The notes under the pieces: generated by a model | Seen by the model: the letters and a program-made list of their open reading frames with translations, nothing else | What the model was told of the DNA's origin: nothing | Database searches by the model: none | Shown here: piece after piece, positions 12,891 to 23,925 of the stretch | Numbering within the stretch: position 1 is the first letter of the stretch | Layout of the letters: every line of letters starts with the position of its first letter | Program-made: the position numbers and the translations under genes | Source of the DNA: Adineta vaga | Taxonomy: Eukaryota > Animalia > Rotifera | Direction: 5' to 3' | DNA: 64,000 nt | Assembly (NCBI GenBank): GCA_021613535.1 | Contig: CP075494.1 | Location: forward strand, 2,914,001-2,978,000

Positions 12891-13704
12891 ATTTCTACGA
12901 TTCGTGGATTTTTTTGTCATTGAATCATCTAAAACATTTTTTGTATATTTCATTGCAACAATCTTTCGATGTTGATTCATTGTTTTTCTTTAAGCTAATA
13001 AATCATTTTGAATTATAACGCTCATGTTGATAATATCTTTTATTCGCTCAGTTTGAACTTGAATATAATTATCATCTAATGTAATTACTTGTTTTGATTC
13101 AATTTGACTTTGATTACTATTGTTCATTTTCGTTTGATTTATAATGATCAGTATTGATAATTGACGACTATTCGGTTACTTTTAGGACAAATAGTGTACG
13201 CGTTAATATTATTTTCTGTATAGTTAAAATGAAGGATAAAAAATTATTCACTTGCATTTACATGAAATAGTTGTTATGGCATTTTCACACGACTAAATGC
13301 GAATAATATAAGAGTAGATAGATATTATTATCAGCATCATACATGAACAGCTTCTAAGTAGGATACGGATATCAACAGTTTCAATCAACGTCTATAACTT
13401 CGTAATCTCACGGAAAAAATTCAATCAATACCGCAGTGTCAATGACGGTTCTTAGGTTGAAGGTTTGAAACGGTTATTGTCAACCGCAAAAGTCAGACCT
13501 TGCATTATATACAGGTAAAATATTAAAAACTTTATGAATATTTCCTATTGATTGATGATATCTGTAAAATTTGTTCAAATTTTCTCTGACAGTTATTCAA
13601 GGAAAGAACATGTTTTTATTATATTGTGTTCATTTAGAATCATAAATTATTCTTTATCAGAAGCATATTTCTATAAATATATTCAATTATAAAATATATA
13701 AAAC

Positions 13705-14346
13705 ACTACCGGAGATGCCCGCTTCAAAAACGACACAATTTACGTTTTTCATCTACAGCAGTGCTTTTCTTATCACCCACAGGACCTCTCCGTTCGTATT
13801 TATCCGTCGTGTATCAAAAAATCCTCACACCCTCTTTTTCCGCCCTGACTTAGTTAGTGTAATCTTTCAAATCGTCACCCACCCTCACGTTACCTGTCTT
13901 CCACACGTCTTTCTCCTCCGTACTGAGATCCATCCTATATCCCTTTTCGCGTCATGCACCAGCTCTTTTTTTTCAGAACTTCGCATGTCTTCATTAGTTC
14001 TTTCCTACTGATTTTGTCTCGCTATGCATGCGATATACAACTCTGTTCCTTTTAAATCCACACCCACACCCTCAAGACACCCACACCCTCAAAATAAATT
14101 TCGACCTTCCCGTGGGCCTAGAGAAGCGTTGTGGAAAGTTTGGTTGCGTTAGCTATCACGGAACTGCCTGGGTGAAATTTCACCCACGCTTCCCACCCTC
14201 ACCCCCCGATGACCATTCTAACCCCATGTCGACCTTTCCTGAGACCTAAGGAAGCATCGTAGAAAGTTTGGTGATCGTGGCTATTACAGCGACTGAATGC
14301 ATAGCGAACAGACAGACAAACTTTCTTCTTTATATGTATAGAAGAT
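13705..14346 (+). mobile_element. Non-autonomous Helitron/Helentron-associated (Lep1/DINE-like) element, tentative
   Basis: GC-richer non-coding block with an internal ~128-bp subrepeat (14101 and 14229). It ends in GAACAGACAGACAAAC...TTTATATGTATAGAAGAT, and a homologous partial copy lies at 44007-44125. Confidence 0.5.
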
Positions 14347-14767
14347 GTATAAGAAAAATGGCCATAGTTTTAAAATAACATCTCTGCAGTATTCATTTCA
14401 ATAGTAAATCTACATTTTCTTTTATTTTGTTTAAATATTTCGCTAAGAATTGTCATTGCAACTGGTTTTCAAGTTCATAAACCAACAATAAATGAACAGA
14501 AATTATCATTATTATATTTTTTTTCTATGTATACGCATACCGATGTGGAATTTTCCTGACGAAGCCATTAAGTGTAATAATGATTTTTCCCTTTGAATTG
14601 CAATGCAGACGACGACAGAACGAAAAAGACATGGCAGAATCCTAGAAAAGGAATGTGTGTCACAGGTTATTTCATAATATATTTGTGAGTCATCACATTG
14701 CATTGTTTGGTATAAATAGTCAAAGTTTTCTTTTCTTTTCTCATACATTTGAAAGTGAAAATAAACG

Positions 14768-17620
14768 ATGGCTAGCTATTTCAAAACTCCTTTTCAGATC
14801 GGTGGTGAGTCTCATTTCATCGAAGTCAAGGTGCCGAAAGTTGATGCATCAGCCGGCGACAATATCATCTGTTGCGTCGATGTTTCTGGTTCGATGGCTG
14901 GCGCTCCACTTCGCAATGTCTGTGAAGTTCTACGTGATATTTACAAACGAACACAGATGGAATATGGTTTGTTCACTTATGATACAACGGCGAATACCAG
15001 TCGAACAATCAAAGATGTGGAAAATCAAGATTTAAGAGCCGGTGGTGGAACAAGTTTCAGTGCGATCTTCAATGCCATTCAAGGGCATTTAATGAGGAAT
15101 CAAAAATCCGTGACATTCATCTTCATGACTGATGGACAGGATGGTGATTCTCAAGAAGTATTCAAACAAGCCATTCAAAAACTGAGGTTGACGATCAGTG
15201 CATTGCCGAAATCAGTGACGGTGACTTTTCATGTGATTGGATTCGGTGATGTGAATAGCAATTTCCTCGAACAAGTACGAAAATTCGGAACGAGAGAAGG
15301 TCTCTTTCGTTATTCCACAGAATCGGCGGAATTACAAAATAACTTTAACGATATGTTCGAGTATGCCATGTCATCGAGAGAATTCACTCTCGTTCTCAAT
15401 GGACAAACGTTCACATCGAGCAGCAACGAAGACACCGTTGGTTTTCTCATCAATGGCATGAAGATCGATAGTTCCTCGCCGACAGAAATCATTCTAAAAT
15501 CGAGCGGTAGTGAAACGAAACTCCCTCTCGAACCGATGGTCAACGTTCGATCAATCCATGTTGTTCATGCGTTGAATCTCGTCTCTCCTGACAATGAAGA
15601 ATCGGTTCAAGCCATTCGTTCATTTTTGGGTTCGATTGTTTCGGTGTCTGGGACAGAATTGATGGAGAAACTGGAATTGGAACAAATAAAAAGGGAGATC
15701 GACGATCGAATGATGGAATACAAGAAACTCTTTACTGAGATGAAAATGGCTCAAGTTCCCGAACAAGTGCAATTGAAATTGAACGCCTTGAGACACGACG
15801 CAACATTCGCCAATGTTCAACGACGAAAGAAACTCGACTTGCGCGTTAGTAAGAATGTCGATTACTTTCGCAAGACAGATATTAGCGGCATTCTTGACGG
15901 ATACCGTAAATCGATCGATCAAGACGGATGGAATCAAATAAAAGAACAAAAATCCGATTGGGTCTGTACTTATTCTAATGATGATATCTATGAAATTATG
16001 AGAAAGACTTCGGATAACATCATGTGTTTGGGTATTCTCATCGAGCGTAACGAACAAGCGATTACTTCTCCGACGAAAGGTCTGAAATTGATCAGTGTTT
16101 CCAACACATTGATCTCCTACGATTCGTTCATCACCGCGATGAACTTCGCCAGGAATGCACAACAGCAAGAGAACACAAATACCGATGGTGGACCGACCTA
16201 CGGGCAATTCTCCGGCATCAACGATACCTTCTGTGTCGTTGGTCAATTACACGAGAAGATCAACGCAGTCATTCCTCTGTACATCAATCATGAACACATG
16301 AAACGTATTCGAATCTTGGAAGGCATCTGGTTGGGTTATATGTTCACCTTAGATTCCTATGGCTACGAGAAACAACAAGAGATCGGTCTACTGAAATTGC
16401 TCTACGATATCGTTATGTTACGTACGGGAACGACGAGAAACCAACAGATAATCAATGAATTCGAGAAAGTCTGTCATTTCATCATCAAGGAATCGACTGG
16501 ATTCAAAACTGCCTATGGAGAAAAGACCTACGAGAATTATCTTCAGAGCATTCATGGACGACAGAATAATACCTACGATCTGTCCATTCCTCTGATCATT
16601 GCTTATCTTAAGAAAGATCTCCAATCAGCCTTGATACCAGTCTACTACGGTCATCTTCGCGATAGATTGCATCAAAAAGTTCCCGAAGATAAAATAAAGA
16701 TCATCAAACGCTTGCTGTATGGAGATGAAAATCAAATTATCAAGACTGTAGCGAGTAACAAAGACAAGGCGTCGATGGATATCAACCAATTAGATCCAGA
16801 TTTCGTCGAGAAGAGTTATATTGATTATTTCCATGATGAAACATGTCAACCGATTGAATTGATTCCTGAGACGAAGACCGGCGAAGATAGAAAATTAATT
16901 CAACAAGAACCCGATGTCGAGTATCTCAAATCGTTTCTTCAAGTGATCGATCCAGAATTGAATATTGCTGTTCCTCTGGAAATAAAAAACATCTTGAAAT
17001 ATTGTCAACTGGATGAGAATTATGTCGAGAACAATCTCGATTACAATGATCTACGAAAAGAGTTACTCCTGATTCTCTTCTACGAAAAAGTGGTTCCTGA
17101 ACAAGCGAGCAAGTCGACTATCATGACGTTAATCGACGACAGTATTCAAGGGAATCGAGATCATTCGGTGACATTCGACATTACTTCCGAAGCGATTCGA
17201 GTGGTCACTTACAAACTGCTCACGGCGAGAACGCTTGAAGGTTTCGCCGGTCTCTTGAGAAAGTATTGTCCGAAACGATTCGGTCCAATATTCAAAGAAG
17301 TTCTCCAGAAACTCGTCACACTGCCAGAATCCGATTTGAGCGATACATCAGGCAAGGCCTTTCTCAATCGAGAGAAACTCGCCGTCTTGATGACAAATGA
17401 AATCGGATATTCTCAAGTGTACACCGGAGACGTTGGCAAATATGTTTGGGAACCCTCAGTATACGTCGATGTCACTCTGTTGCACAAAGTCTTGGGCCCA
17501 GAGAAACTCAAAGAAATACGAATCAAGAATACCGGAAAGATACGTTTTCATGGTTACAGACTCTCCGATATACCCAATCGACATGGACATTGCAACAGCA
17601 ATCCCTATTTGGGACGCTAG
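14768..17620 (+). CDS. von Willebrand factor A (vWA) domain protein, 950 aa, intronless
   Basis: MIDAS residues DVSGS, GGT and MTDG near the N-terminus. Long uninterrupted ORF, visibly GC-richer than its flanks. Confidence 0.85.
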   Translation: MASYFKTPFQIGGESHFIEVKVPKVDASAGDNIICCVDVSGSMAGAPLRNVCEVLRDIYKRTQMEYGLFTYDTTANTSRTIKDVENQDLRAGGGTSFSAIFNAIQGHLMRNQKSVTFIFMTDGQDGDSQEVFKQAIQKLRLTISALPKSVTVTFHVIGFGDVNSNFLEQVRKFGTREGLFRYSTESAELQNNFNDMFEYAMSSREFTLVLNGQTFTSSSNEDTVGFLINGMKIDSSSPTEIILKSSGSETKLPLEPMVNVRSIHVVHALNLVSPDNEESVQAIRSFLGSIVSVSGTELMEKLELEQIKREIDDRMMEYKKLFTEMKMAQVPEQVQLKLNALRHDATFANVQRRKKLDLRVSKNVDYFRKTDISGILDGYRKSIDQDGWNQIKEQKSDWVCTYSNDDIYEIMRKTSDNIMCLGILIERNEQAITSPTKGLKLISVSNTLISYDSFITAMNFARNAQQQENTNTDGGPTYGQFSGINDTFCVVGQLHEKINAVIPLYINHEHMKRIRILEGIWLGYMFTLDSYGYEKQQEIGLLKLLYDIVMLRTGTTRNQQIINEFEKVCHFIIKESTGFKTAYGEKTYENYLQSIHGRQNNTYDLSIPLIIAYLKKDLQSALIPVYYGHLRDRLHQKVPEDKIKIIKRLLYGDENQIIKTVASNKDKASMDINQLDPDFVEKSYIDYFHDETCQPIELIPETKTGEDRKLIQQEPDVEYLKSFLQVIDPELNIAVPLEIKNILKYCQLDENYVENNLDYNDLRKELLLILFYEKVVPEQASKSTIMTLIDDSIQGNRDHSVTFDITSEAIRVVTYKLLTARTLEGFAGLLRKYCPKRFGPIFKEVLQKLVTLPESDLSDTSGKAFLNREKLAVLMTNEIGYSQVYTGDVGKYVWEPSVYVDVTLLHKVLGPEKLKEIRIKNTGKIRFHGYRLSDIPNRHGHCNSNPYLGR

Positions 17621-17688
17621 ACATTCTGTTTTTTACTTTTCTTCTTTGTTCTGATAAATATACCTATGCAAAAAAAAACTTCTAGACA

Positions 17689-17751
17689 TTTTGAGGACGC
17701 GGGTGTGGATTAAGAGTGAAGTATCACCCACACCCTCAAGATTTGGTATAA
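17689..17751. repeat. Telomere-repeat mini-palindrome between convergent genes
   Basis: TTTTGAGGACGCGGGTGTGG...CACCCACACCCTCAAGA. Confidence 0.7.
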
Positions 17752-19189
17752 ATTATCATTATAAAATCATTCAAAGTTAAAATCAAACTTAAGCCATCGT
17801 GTTTTGAAAAGGTAAATATTCACTTCTATAGTATGGATTTTCGAGACGATATTTGATTGATGGTTTCCTTGTTGATGATGTCAAATGAATCGTTTCTAGA
17901 GTATCTTGTAAATGATGAGCAATATTCATAACAGTTTCGGATGATGATGTACGTGAACATTCTTGATAAGTTGTTTGGCATACTCGATCCATTTTATCAA
18001 AATCGTTTAAGAGACTTCCAACATCTTTCGACATAAGTCGATGATGAAGATCAAGTGTTATATCAGTTTTCTTTTGTAAAATATTTAATAATTGTTCAAT
18101 TACTTGAAGATAAGCAGTAGCTAAATTTTTCTTTTTATTTTCATCTTTAAATCGAATTGATTGAGCTACACCTAAATAAAAACTTTACATTTAACAAACA
18201 AATTACAACTAAATATGAAAGATTTCTTACTGTTAACAATTCGCACCTAAACAGACACACAAAAAACAATTGAGAGAAATTTCAATAATTTTAATAACTT
18301 ACAAAACGCCATAATCGAAAAGAAATAAATAATAAAGATATTTCCGCAAGAACATTACTTTTAAATAGAAGATATAAATCAATAATGAATGAAACAACGA
18401 CAATGATTGTATCTAACCATTCCATTTTTTGATGACGAATATTCCACCATTGTCTTCCAAATGCTAAAATTTTCATAATCATTTCAAATAAAAACACAGA
18501 TAATAAGACTAATGAACAAATATGAAGAATTTTATGTATCAAGTCTATTTGATCATCATCATTTTTTTGTTGTAAATCGTACGGATAGAAAGAAAGTTTT
18601 AAATGACAAGGTTTTCGAAGTTTAATTAAATCTAACATGATTTCAGCAATAACAAGTAAACAATCAATAATAACAAGACTAACTATGATTACATGGAAAG
18701 CAGCTTGATCAACAAGATCAATAATTTGATGCTGAAATTGATAATCAACATTCCACCATCGACTAAAGATTGAAGAATTATTTTTATTTGTGACTTTTGT
18801 TTTTTGTTGTGATGATAATAATAAATCATTAGTTGGATCATTATTTTTTTTTTTTTTGGTAACAAAGCTTTATTGTAAAAAAGAACAACACTGTAACATA
18901 AAGTCAACGGAAGGTATTGTACTTCTACATAAGCTGGAGTAGAGAAAAAAAAAAGGACACATGACGTATGTCTTTTGTCCGTGACATAGTAATAAGAACG
19001 AGAAAAATTTTATATGCCAATAGTGAGTGTAGATGGGGTGACGCGTGTAAAGTCTTACATATGTGGTAGAAGAAGAAAAAGAAAAAGAAAAAAGAAAACA
19101 GAAGATATAGTGGTACTATATGGATAGATTGGAGAGGAAGAGAAAAGAAGCTGGATTGTATGTGACATGTTTTAAATCAGCAAATATAT

Positions 19190-19510
19190 TGACTCGATTT
19201 CATATTGCATATAAGAACGAGCAAAGAATTTACTGGATATTGTAAGGATCAGCAAAGACGTTGACTCGACATCATATTGTATATAAGAACGAGCAAAGAA
19301 TTTACTGGATATTGTAAGGATCAGCAAAGACGTTGACTCGACATCATATTGTATATAAGAACGAGCAAAGAATTTACTGGATATTGTAAGGATCAGCAAA
19401 GACGTTGACTCGACATCATATTGTATATAAGAACGAGCAAAGAATTTACTGGATATTGTAAGGATCAGCAAAGACGTTGACTCGATATCATATTGTATAT
19501 AAGAACGAGT
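19190..19510. repeat. 72-bp tandem repeat (about 4 near-perfect copies plus degenerate flanking copies) in the LINE 3' UTR
   Basis: Unit GCAAAGAATTTACTGGATATTGTAAGGATCAGCAAAGACGTTGACTCGACATCATATTGTATATAAGAACGA. Confidence 0.95.
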
Positions 19511-19783
19511 AAAAGAATTTGCTGTATACATGAATCGGTTTAAAGATTGGCTCGATATTATATTATATATAAGAATGCGATCAATAAATAACTGAATAGA
19601 ACGAAAGAACGATACAGCATATAGATTGAATCGACTTCTTATTTTGTATAAGAACGAGTTAAACGAAGTAGCTGAATAGTATATTTGATTGCGATATATC
19701 GTTTTTTACATCGATTCGACTGACACAAGAATAGTCTATTCTCTCGATGTTACTATTATATGTAATGGTTGGTGATTTCTTTT

Positions 19784-22474
19784 TTAAATTTTGTCTAAGA
19801 TGCATTGTAGATGATTCTTCAGTGTAATGTCGTTGTTTGTTGTTGCCTTTTGAAGTGTATGTTTAAGTAGTCCTATTGCATAATCTTTGATTTTTGGAAT
19901 GTTGCTGATCTTGTGGATATATTTGACAGATGTATATATGGGTAGTCCGAGTGCAGCTCTAATTGCTTTATTCTGCATGATTTGTAAACGGTCCCATACT
20001 TTTTGATCAGCAGTAAGGAGAATAGGATGTCCATAAATGATAACTGTGCGTACAATTGATTTGAAAATATTTATCATCGTCTTGTTGTTGGGTTCATATG
20101 CTGTTCTCGAAAGATATCGAAGTAGACCGATCCGAGGAGCAATCTTGCTTTCAATATGTTCGAGATGTGCTCGCCATTTTAATCTTTTATCTATAATTAC
20201 ACCCAAGTAACGTGTGGAGTCCAGTGGTTTGATGATGGTGTCTTCAACTTTAACTTTCACTGGATTCTTGTAGTGTTTTCTTGGATGTATGCTGAAGTGT
20301 ATCAGCTCTGTCTTAGTTGGTTGAAGTTTTAATTTCCATGACTTGCACCAACTTTCGAATGCATCTATGGATTGTTGTAATCTGGTGTTAAGATTTGTTA
20401 AGGTGTTGCCAGATGTCCATAATGCAGTGTCGTCGGCGAACAACCCATGTTCTGTATGAGTTGGTATTCCATTCATCGAATCTGCCGTATACATAATATA
20501 AAGTAATGGTGATAACGGAGATCCTTGTGGTGTACCGCTCTTCAGATTAAACGGACGTGATAATATATTTTCGATTTCAATTGCAGCCGTTCTATTGCTT
20601 AAGAATGAGATCAGATAGTTGATGATGAAACAGGGAAGACGTAGATCATTAAGCTTGTATATCAAACCATCGTGCCATACCGAATCAAATGCGGCTTTGA
20701 TGTCGAAAAGAATGACAGCTGAGTGACGTCGTCGACGTGGTCGTCTAAGTTGTCCTGCAGCGTATCTTTCTAATCGCACGATGTTGTATATAGTGCTTTT
20801 ACCTGGTCTAAATCCGGCTTGATGTTGTGGTAAGATGTTTCGTCGTTCAAGTTCGAGCATTAAACGTTGTTTGATTATTTTCTCCAATAGTTTGCCTAGG
20901 CAACTAAGGAGACTAATCGGTCGATAGCTAGACGGTTGTTGTTTGTCTTTCTTTGGCTTTAATAGAAGAATAATATTAGCCTTTTTCCACATTGCTGGAA
21001 TATAACCTTGTTTCAAAATTGCATTAAACAGATTTGTTAGATGCTGTACCAGTAATTTTGAATGATTCTTCAAACATCGGTTATGAATGTTGTCTGGACC
21101 AGTGGAGCTATTTCTAAGTTGTCTTATATGATTTTTGACTTCTTTTTCTTTGATTTGCTTCCACTTTGGTGTGTTTGAAGAGGTTATAGTTTTACTTTTG
21201 ACTTTGTTTGCTTGGCGTGTTACTTGATCATGAAGTGGCAACGTATCAGCAGTGTGAGAGTAGACTTCATTTTCGAAGTAATCTGCAAATAAGTCTGCTT
21301 TCTCCTTGTCTGATGTTGCAGTTGTATTGTTGTATTTCATGATGTTGGCGTAGGTTTGCTTGATCCTTTTGTTGTGGAACTTGCGCACCGTCAGCCAAAC
21401 TTTGTCCGAATACATTTTCTTATGGCATAAAGATGACATTAACTTGTTGAAGTTATTTCTTCTGTCGTTTCTAAGTGAATTTGTAAGCAAGACTTTGGAA
21501 TTGTAATATAGATGTTTATCTAAGTTGTTTCCAGTCTTCTTCCATTTTCGATATGCTTGATGTTTTTGTTTTATCAGGCTTATCGATACTTCACTTGGTG
21601 TATACGTTCGGATCATCTGCTTTGTTTGTGGAACGGCTTCTTTTGTTGCTTCTAGTATACTAGTGGTAATGAATGATGTATATTCTTCTATGTCTGCTGT
21701 TGAATCTAAATGATGATCATTTTTCCACAGCATCAGTTGTTGATCTAACTTGCACCTAAATTTTGACCATTTTGCTGCTTTGAAATTAAATAAAATTCTT
21801 GACGAAGCCGGTTTGGGTTCAGCTCCGCAAGGAATATCAAATGTTAATGGTTTATGGCCATTTAATGCACCGATTGTTGGATGAGTCTCAACGTTTGATA
21901 TGAATGAAAGAAGTGGTTGACTTGCTAGAATCCAATCTAGTTTAACTTCATAATCATTTTTTTCGAAAGTTGGACTATCATCGTCGACACAATCAATAAG
22001 ACCATCTTTAAATAATTCTTGCAGCTGTCTTCCTCTAGCATTAGCTTGTTGTGATCCCATATTATATAATGTTGCATTAAGATCACCCATGATAATGCAG
22101 TTGTTGTTGACGTTATAAAGTTCGTGGAATAAGTTGATATCGATCTTTGCTTTTGGTGGTACGTAAATGGAGGATATTAGTATTGATTTGAATGATTTAG
22201 TTCGAATCTCTACTGCTATCGCTTCATTCTTGCAGGTTGTTTTGTTTAGTACTTCTTGACACTTGATATGTTGTTTCACTGCTAGTAATACTCCACCCCC
22301 AGCTTGTCCTATTCGATCATTTCTGAAGATGTTATAACCAAAAAGCGTGAATGGTCTTTCGCTCTTTAGATTAGTTTCATTAACAGAGATAATATCGTAT
22401 TTGGAGAATCTGGCTAGGAGTTCATCTTTGTGTTTGGTAATTGAGTTAATGTTGATATGGCATAAACTAAGCAT
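19784..22474 (-). CDS. LINE ORF2: AP endonuclease + reverse transcriptase
   Basis: NIN, VNET, GDLN and LDW endonuclease motifs; YRPISLL, QAGFR, DIKAAFDSV, PQGSPLSP and FADD RT motifs; intact 896 aa. Confidence 0.95.
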   Translation of the reverse strand: MLSLCHININSITKHKDELLARFSKYDIISVNETNLKSERPFTLFGYNIFRNDRIGQAGGGVLLAVKQHIKCQEVLNKTTCKNEAIAVEIRTKSFKSILISSIYVPPKAKIDINLFHELYNVNNNCIIMGDLNATLYNMGSQQANARGRQLQELFKDGLIDCVDDDSPTFEKNDYEVKLDWILASQPLLSFISNVETHPTIGALNGHKPLTFDIPCGAEPKPASSRILFNFKAAKWSKFRCKLDQQLMLWKNDHHLDSTADIEEYTSFITTSILEATKEAVPQTKQMIRTYTPSEVSISLIKQKHQAYRKWKKTGNNLDKHLYYNSKVLLTNSLRNDRRNNFNKLMSSLCHKKMYSDKVWLTVRKFHNKRIKQTYANIMKYNNTTATSDKEKADLFADYFENEVYSHTADTLPLHDQVTRQANKVKSKTITSSNTPKWKQIKEKEVKNHIRQLRNSSTGPDNIHNRCLKNHSKLLVQHLTNLFNAILKQGYIPAMWKKANIILLLKPKKDKQQPSSYRPISLLSCLGKLLEKIIKQRLMLELERRNILPQHQAGFRPGKSTIYNIVRLERYAAGQLRRPRRRRHSAVILFDIKAAFDSVWHDGLIYKLNDLRLPCFIINYLISFLSNRTAAIEIENILSRPFNLKSGTPQGSPLSPLLYIMYTADSMNGIPTHTEHGLFADDTALWTSGNTLTNLNTRLQQSIDAFESWCKSWKLKLQPTKTELIHFSIHPRKHYKNPVKVKVEDTIIKPLDSTRYLGVIIDKRLKWRAHLEHIESKIAPRIGLLRYLSRTAYEPNNKTMINIFKSIVRTVIIYGHPILLTADQKVWDRLQIMQNKAIRAALGLPIYTSVKYIHKISNIPKIKDYAIGLLKHTLQKATTNNDITLKNHLQCILDKI

Positions 22475-23925
22475 CGTTGCTGCTTGTTTTAAGTGTTTTC
22501 TTGTCGTTTATAGATGCATCAGGAGAGTTGTTGGAAGAAAGGGCTCTCTTGTTTGTATTGGATCCTTCTTTTGTATTTTGTGCGTCTTTTGACGTAGTAG
22601 GAGTTGATGGCATAGTAGGTTTATTTGAAGTGACATTCTCTGTTGTAGACGATTTGTCAGCTTCACTCTGTTGTTTTTTTGGTTTTGGTTTGATGATCTT
22701 AACTGCTTGACTTTGTTCGTTGGAATCAGAGTCTGAATCAGTTAATATATATTTTTCTTCATTATTACGATCGAGGAGTCCGAATGATTTTTCGATCTTC
22801 TTGATCTTCTGATGTAGTGCTTTGAATAGTCGATTGGTAGTTTTTTCGATGATGGTTTCCATTTTGCTGGTAAGAGCATTAATGATATCGTCGAATAAAT
22901 TGTCCGTTAATAGTTGTTTTTTGTGTTTGGTTGAATTGTGATAGAGGTGGGAAGTCATGTGTGCTGTAGATTGATGGTGCTTGTGTTACTTGTTTGCTTG
23001 TTGTTGCATATTGGTTAACCATGTTTTGCATCTTCTTTTCTTGTTCTCTATAATGTGAACATTCTTTGGAAGTAGCAATATGATTACCTTTACAGTTGTA
23101 GCACTTGACTGCGTCATCTGTAACAGTACATTTGTCGTTGCTATGATTTTCACCACATCGACTACATACTTGTTGCTTGGTTTTGCAGTATTTGGCTACA
23201 TGGTTGTATTTTAAGCAAATGTAACATTGCACCGGTTTGGAATTTTGTGTGGCTGGTTCAGCGGTGAAGTGCATGCAATCCACTTGTAAACCAGTTTGCA
23301 CAAAGATATTTCGATTTGTTGCATCGCTAAATGATATCTTGACTGTTCGTGTTGGAGTCTTACCATCTTTGCTTGTTAATCGAATAACTTCTGTTACTTC
23401 AAGACCAACGTTCTTTAGTGCTTCAGTTATTCGATCGTTTGGTAGTTCTAGATCGACTCTTTTTACGAAGGCGATCTTTTCTGTGTCCTTGATTCTTTGT
23501 ATAGATCTTGGAACGTATACCGTGGCTGATGGTTGACCGTTTGACGATAATATTGATGAAAAGTCGTTTAATATGTTGTTGAACGATTTAACATCTCTTG
23601 CATATAATGTGAATATTCCATTTCGTCCAAGTTGGATGTCATGGATATTGACTTCAGCAAGATGTTGCTTCAATATATCATTTAGCTGCAATTTGTTTAA
23701 GTTAACACCCTCTAGAATAAGAGGGGCGATACTAAATGTTGGTTGGCTTGATTTTAAAGCATATGGTCCTGCTTTGCCATCTTGTGTTGTTCGTTGTGGG
23801 CTTTGTATGCTTTGTGAGCTTTGTGGCCCTTGTTTTCGTTGTGTGGTGGTTGCTCTTTGTTGGTTGTCCACGCTGTGATAGCGTCTCTGTTGACCACCGC
23901 CACCCCTTCCTCTCTTGGAAGGCAT
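22467..23925 (-). CDS. LINE ORF1 (gag-like, three CCHC zinc knuckles), split by a 1-bp frameshift at ~22917-22922
   Basis: CYICLKYNHVAKYC, CSRCGENHSNDKC and CYNCKGNHIATSKEC. The C-terminal coiled-coil part (22467-22958) is in another frame, and its stop overlaps the ORF2 ATG. Confidence 0.9.

Noticed and set aside
13715-14249. ORFs of 98 and 73 aa
   Set aside because: They lie inside a repeated non-coding element.
15310-16624. Antisense ORFs within the vWA gene
   Set aside because: Expected shadows of a GC-richer coding strand; no recognisable motifs.
19172-19531. 119-aa repetitive ORF, or a CRISPR-like array
   Set aside because: It is the 72-bp tandem repeat of the LINE 3' UTR; the units are identical with no unique spacers, and there are no cas genes.
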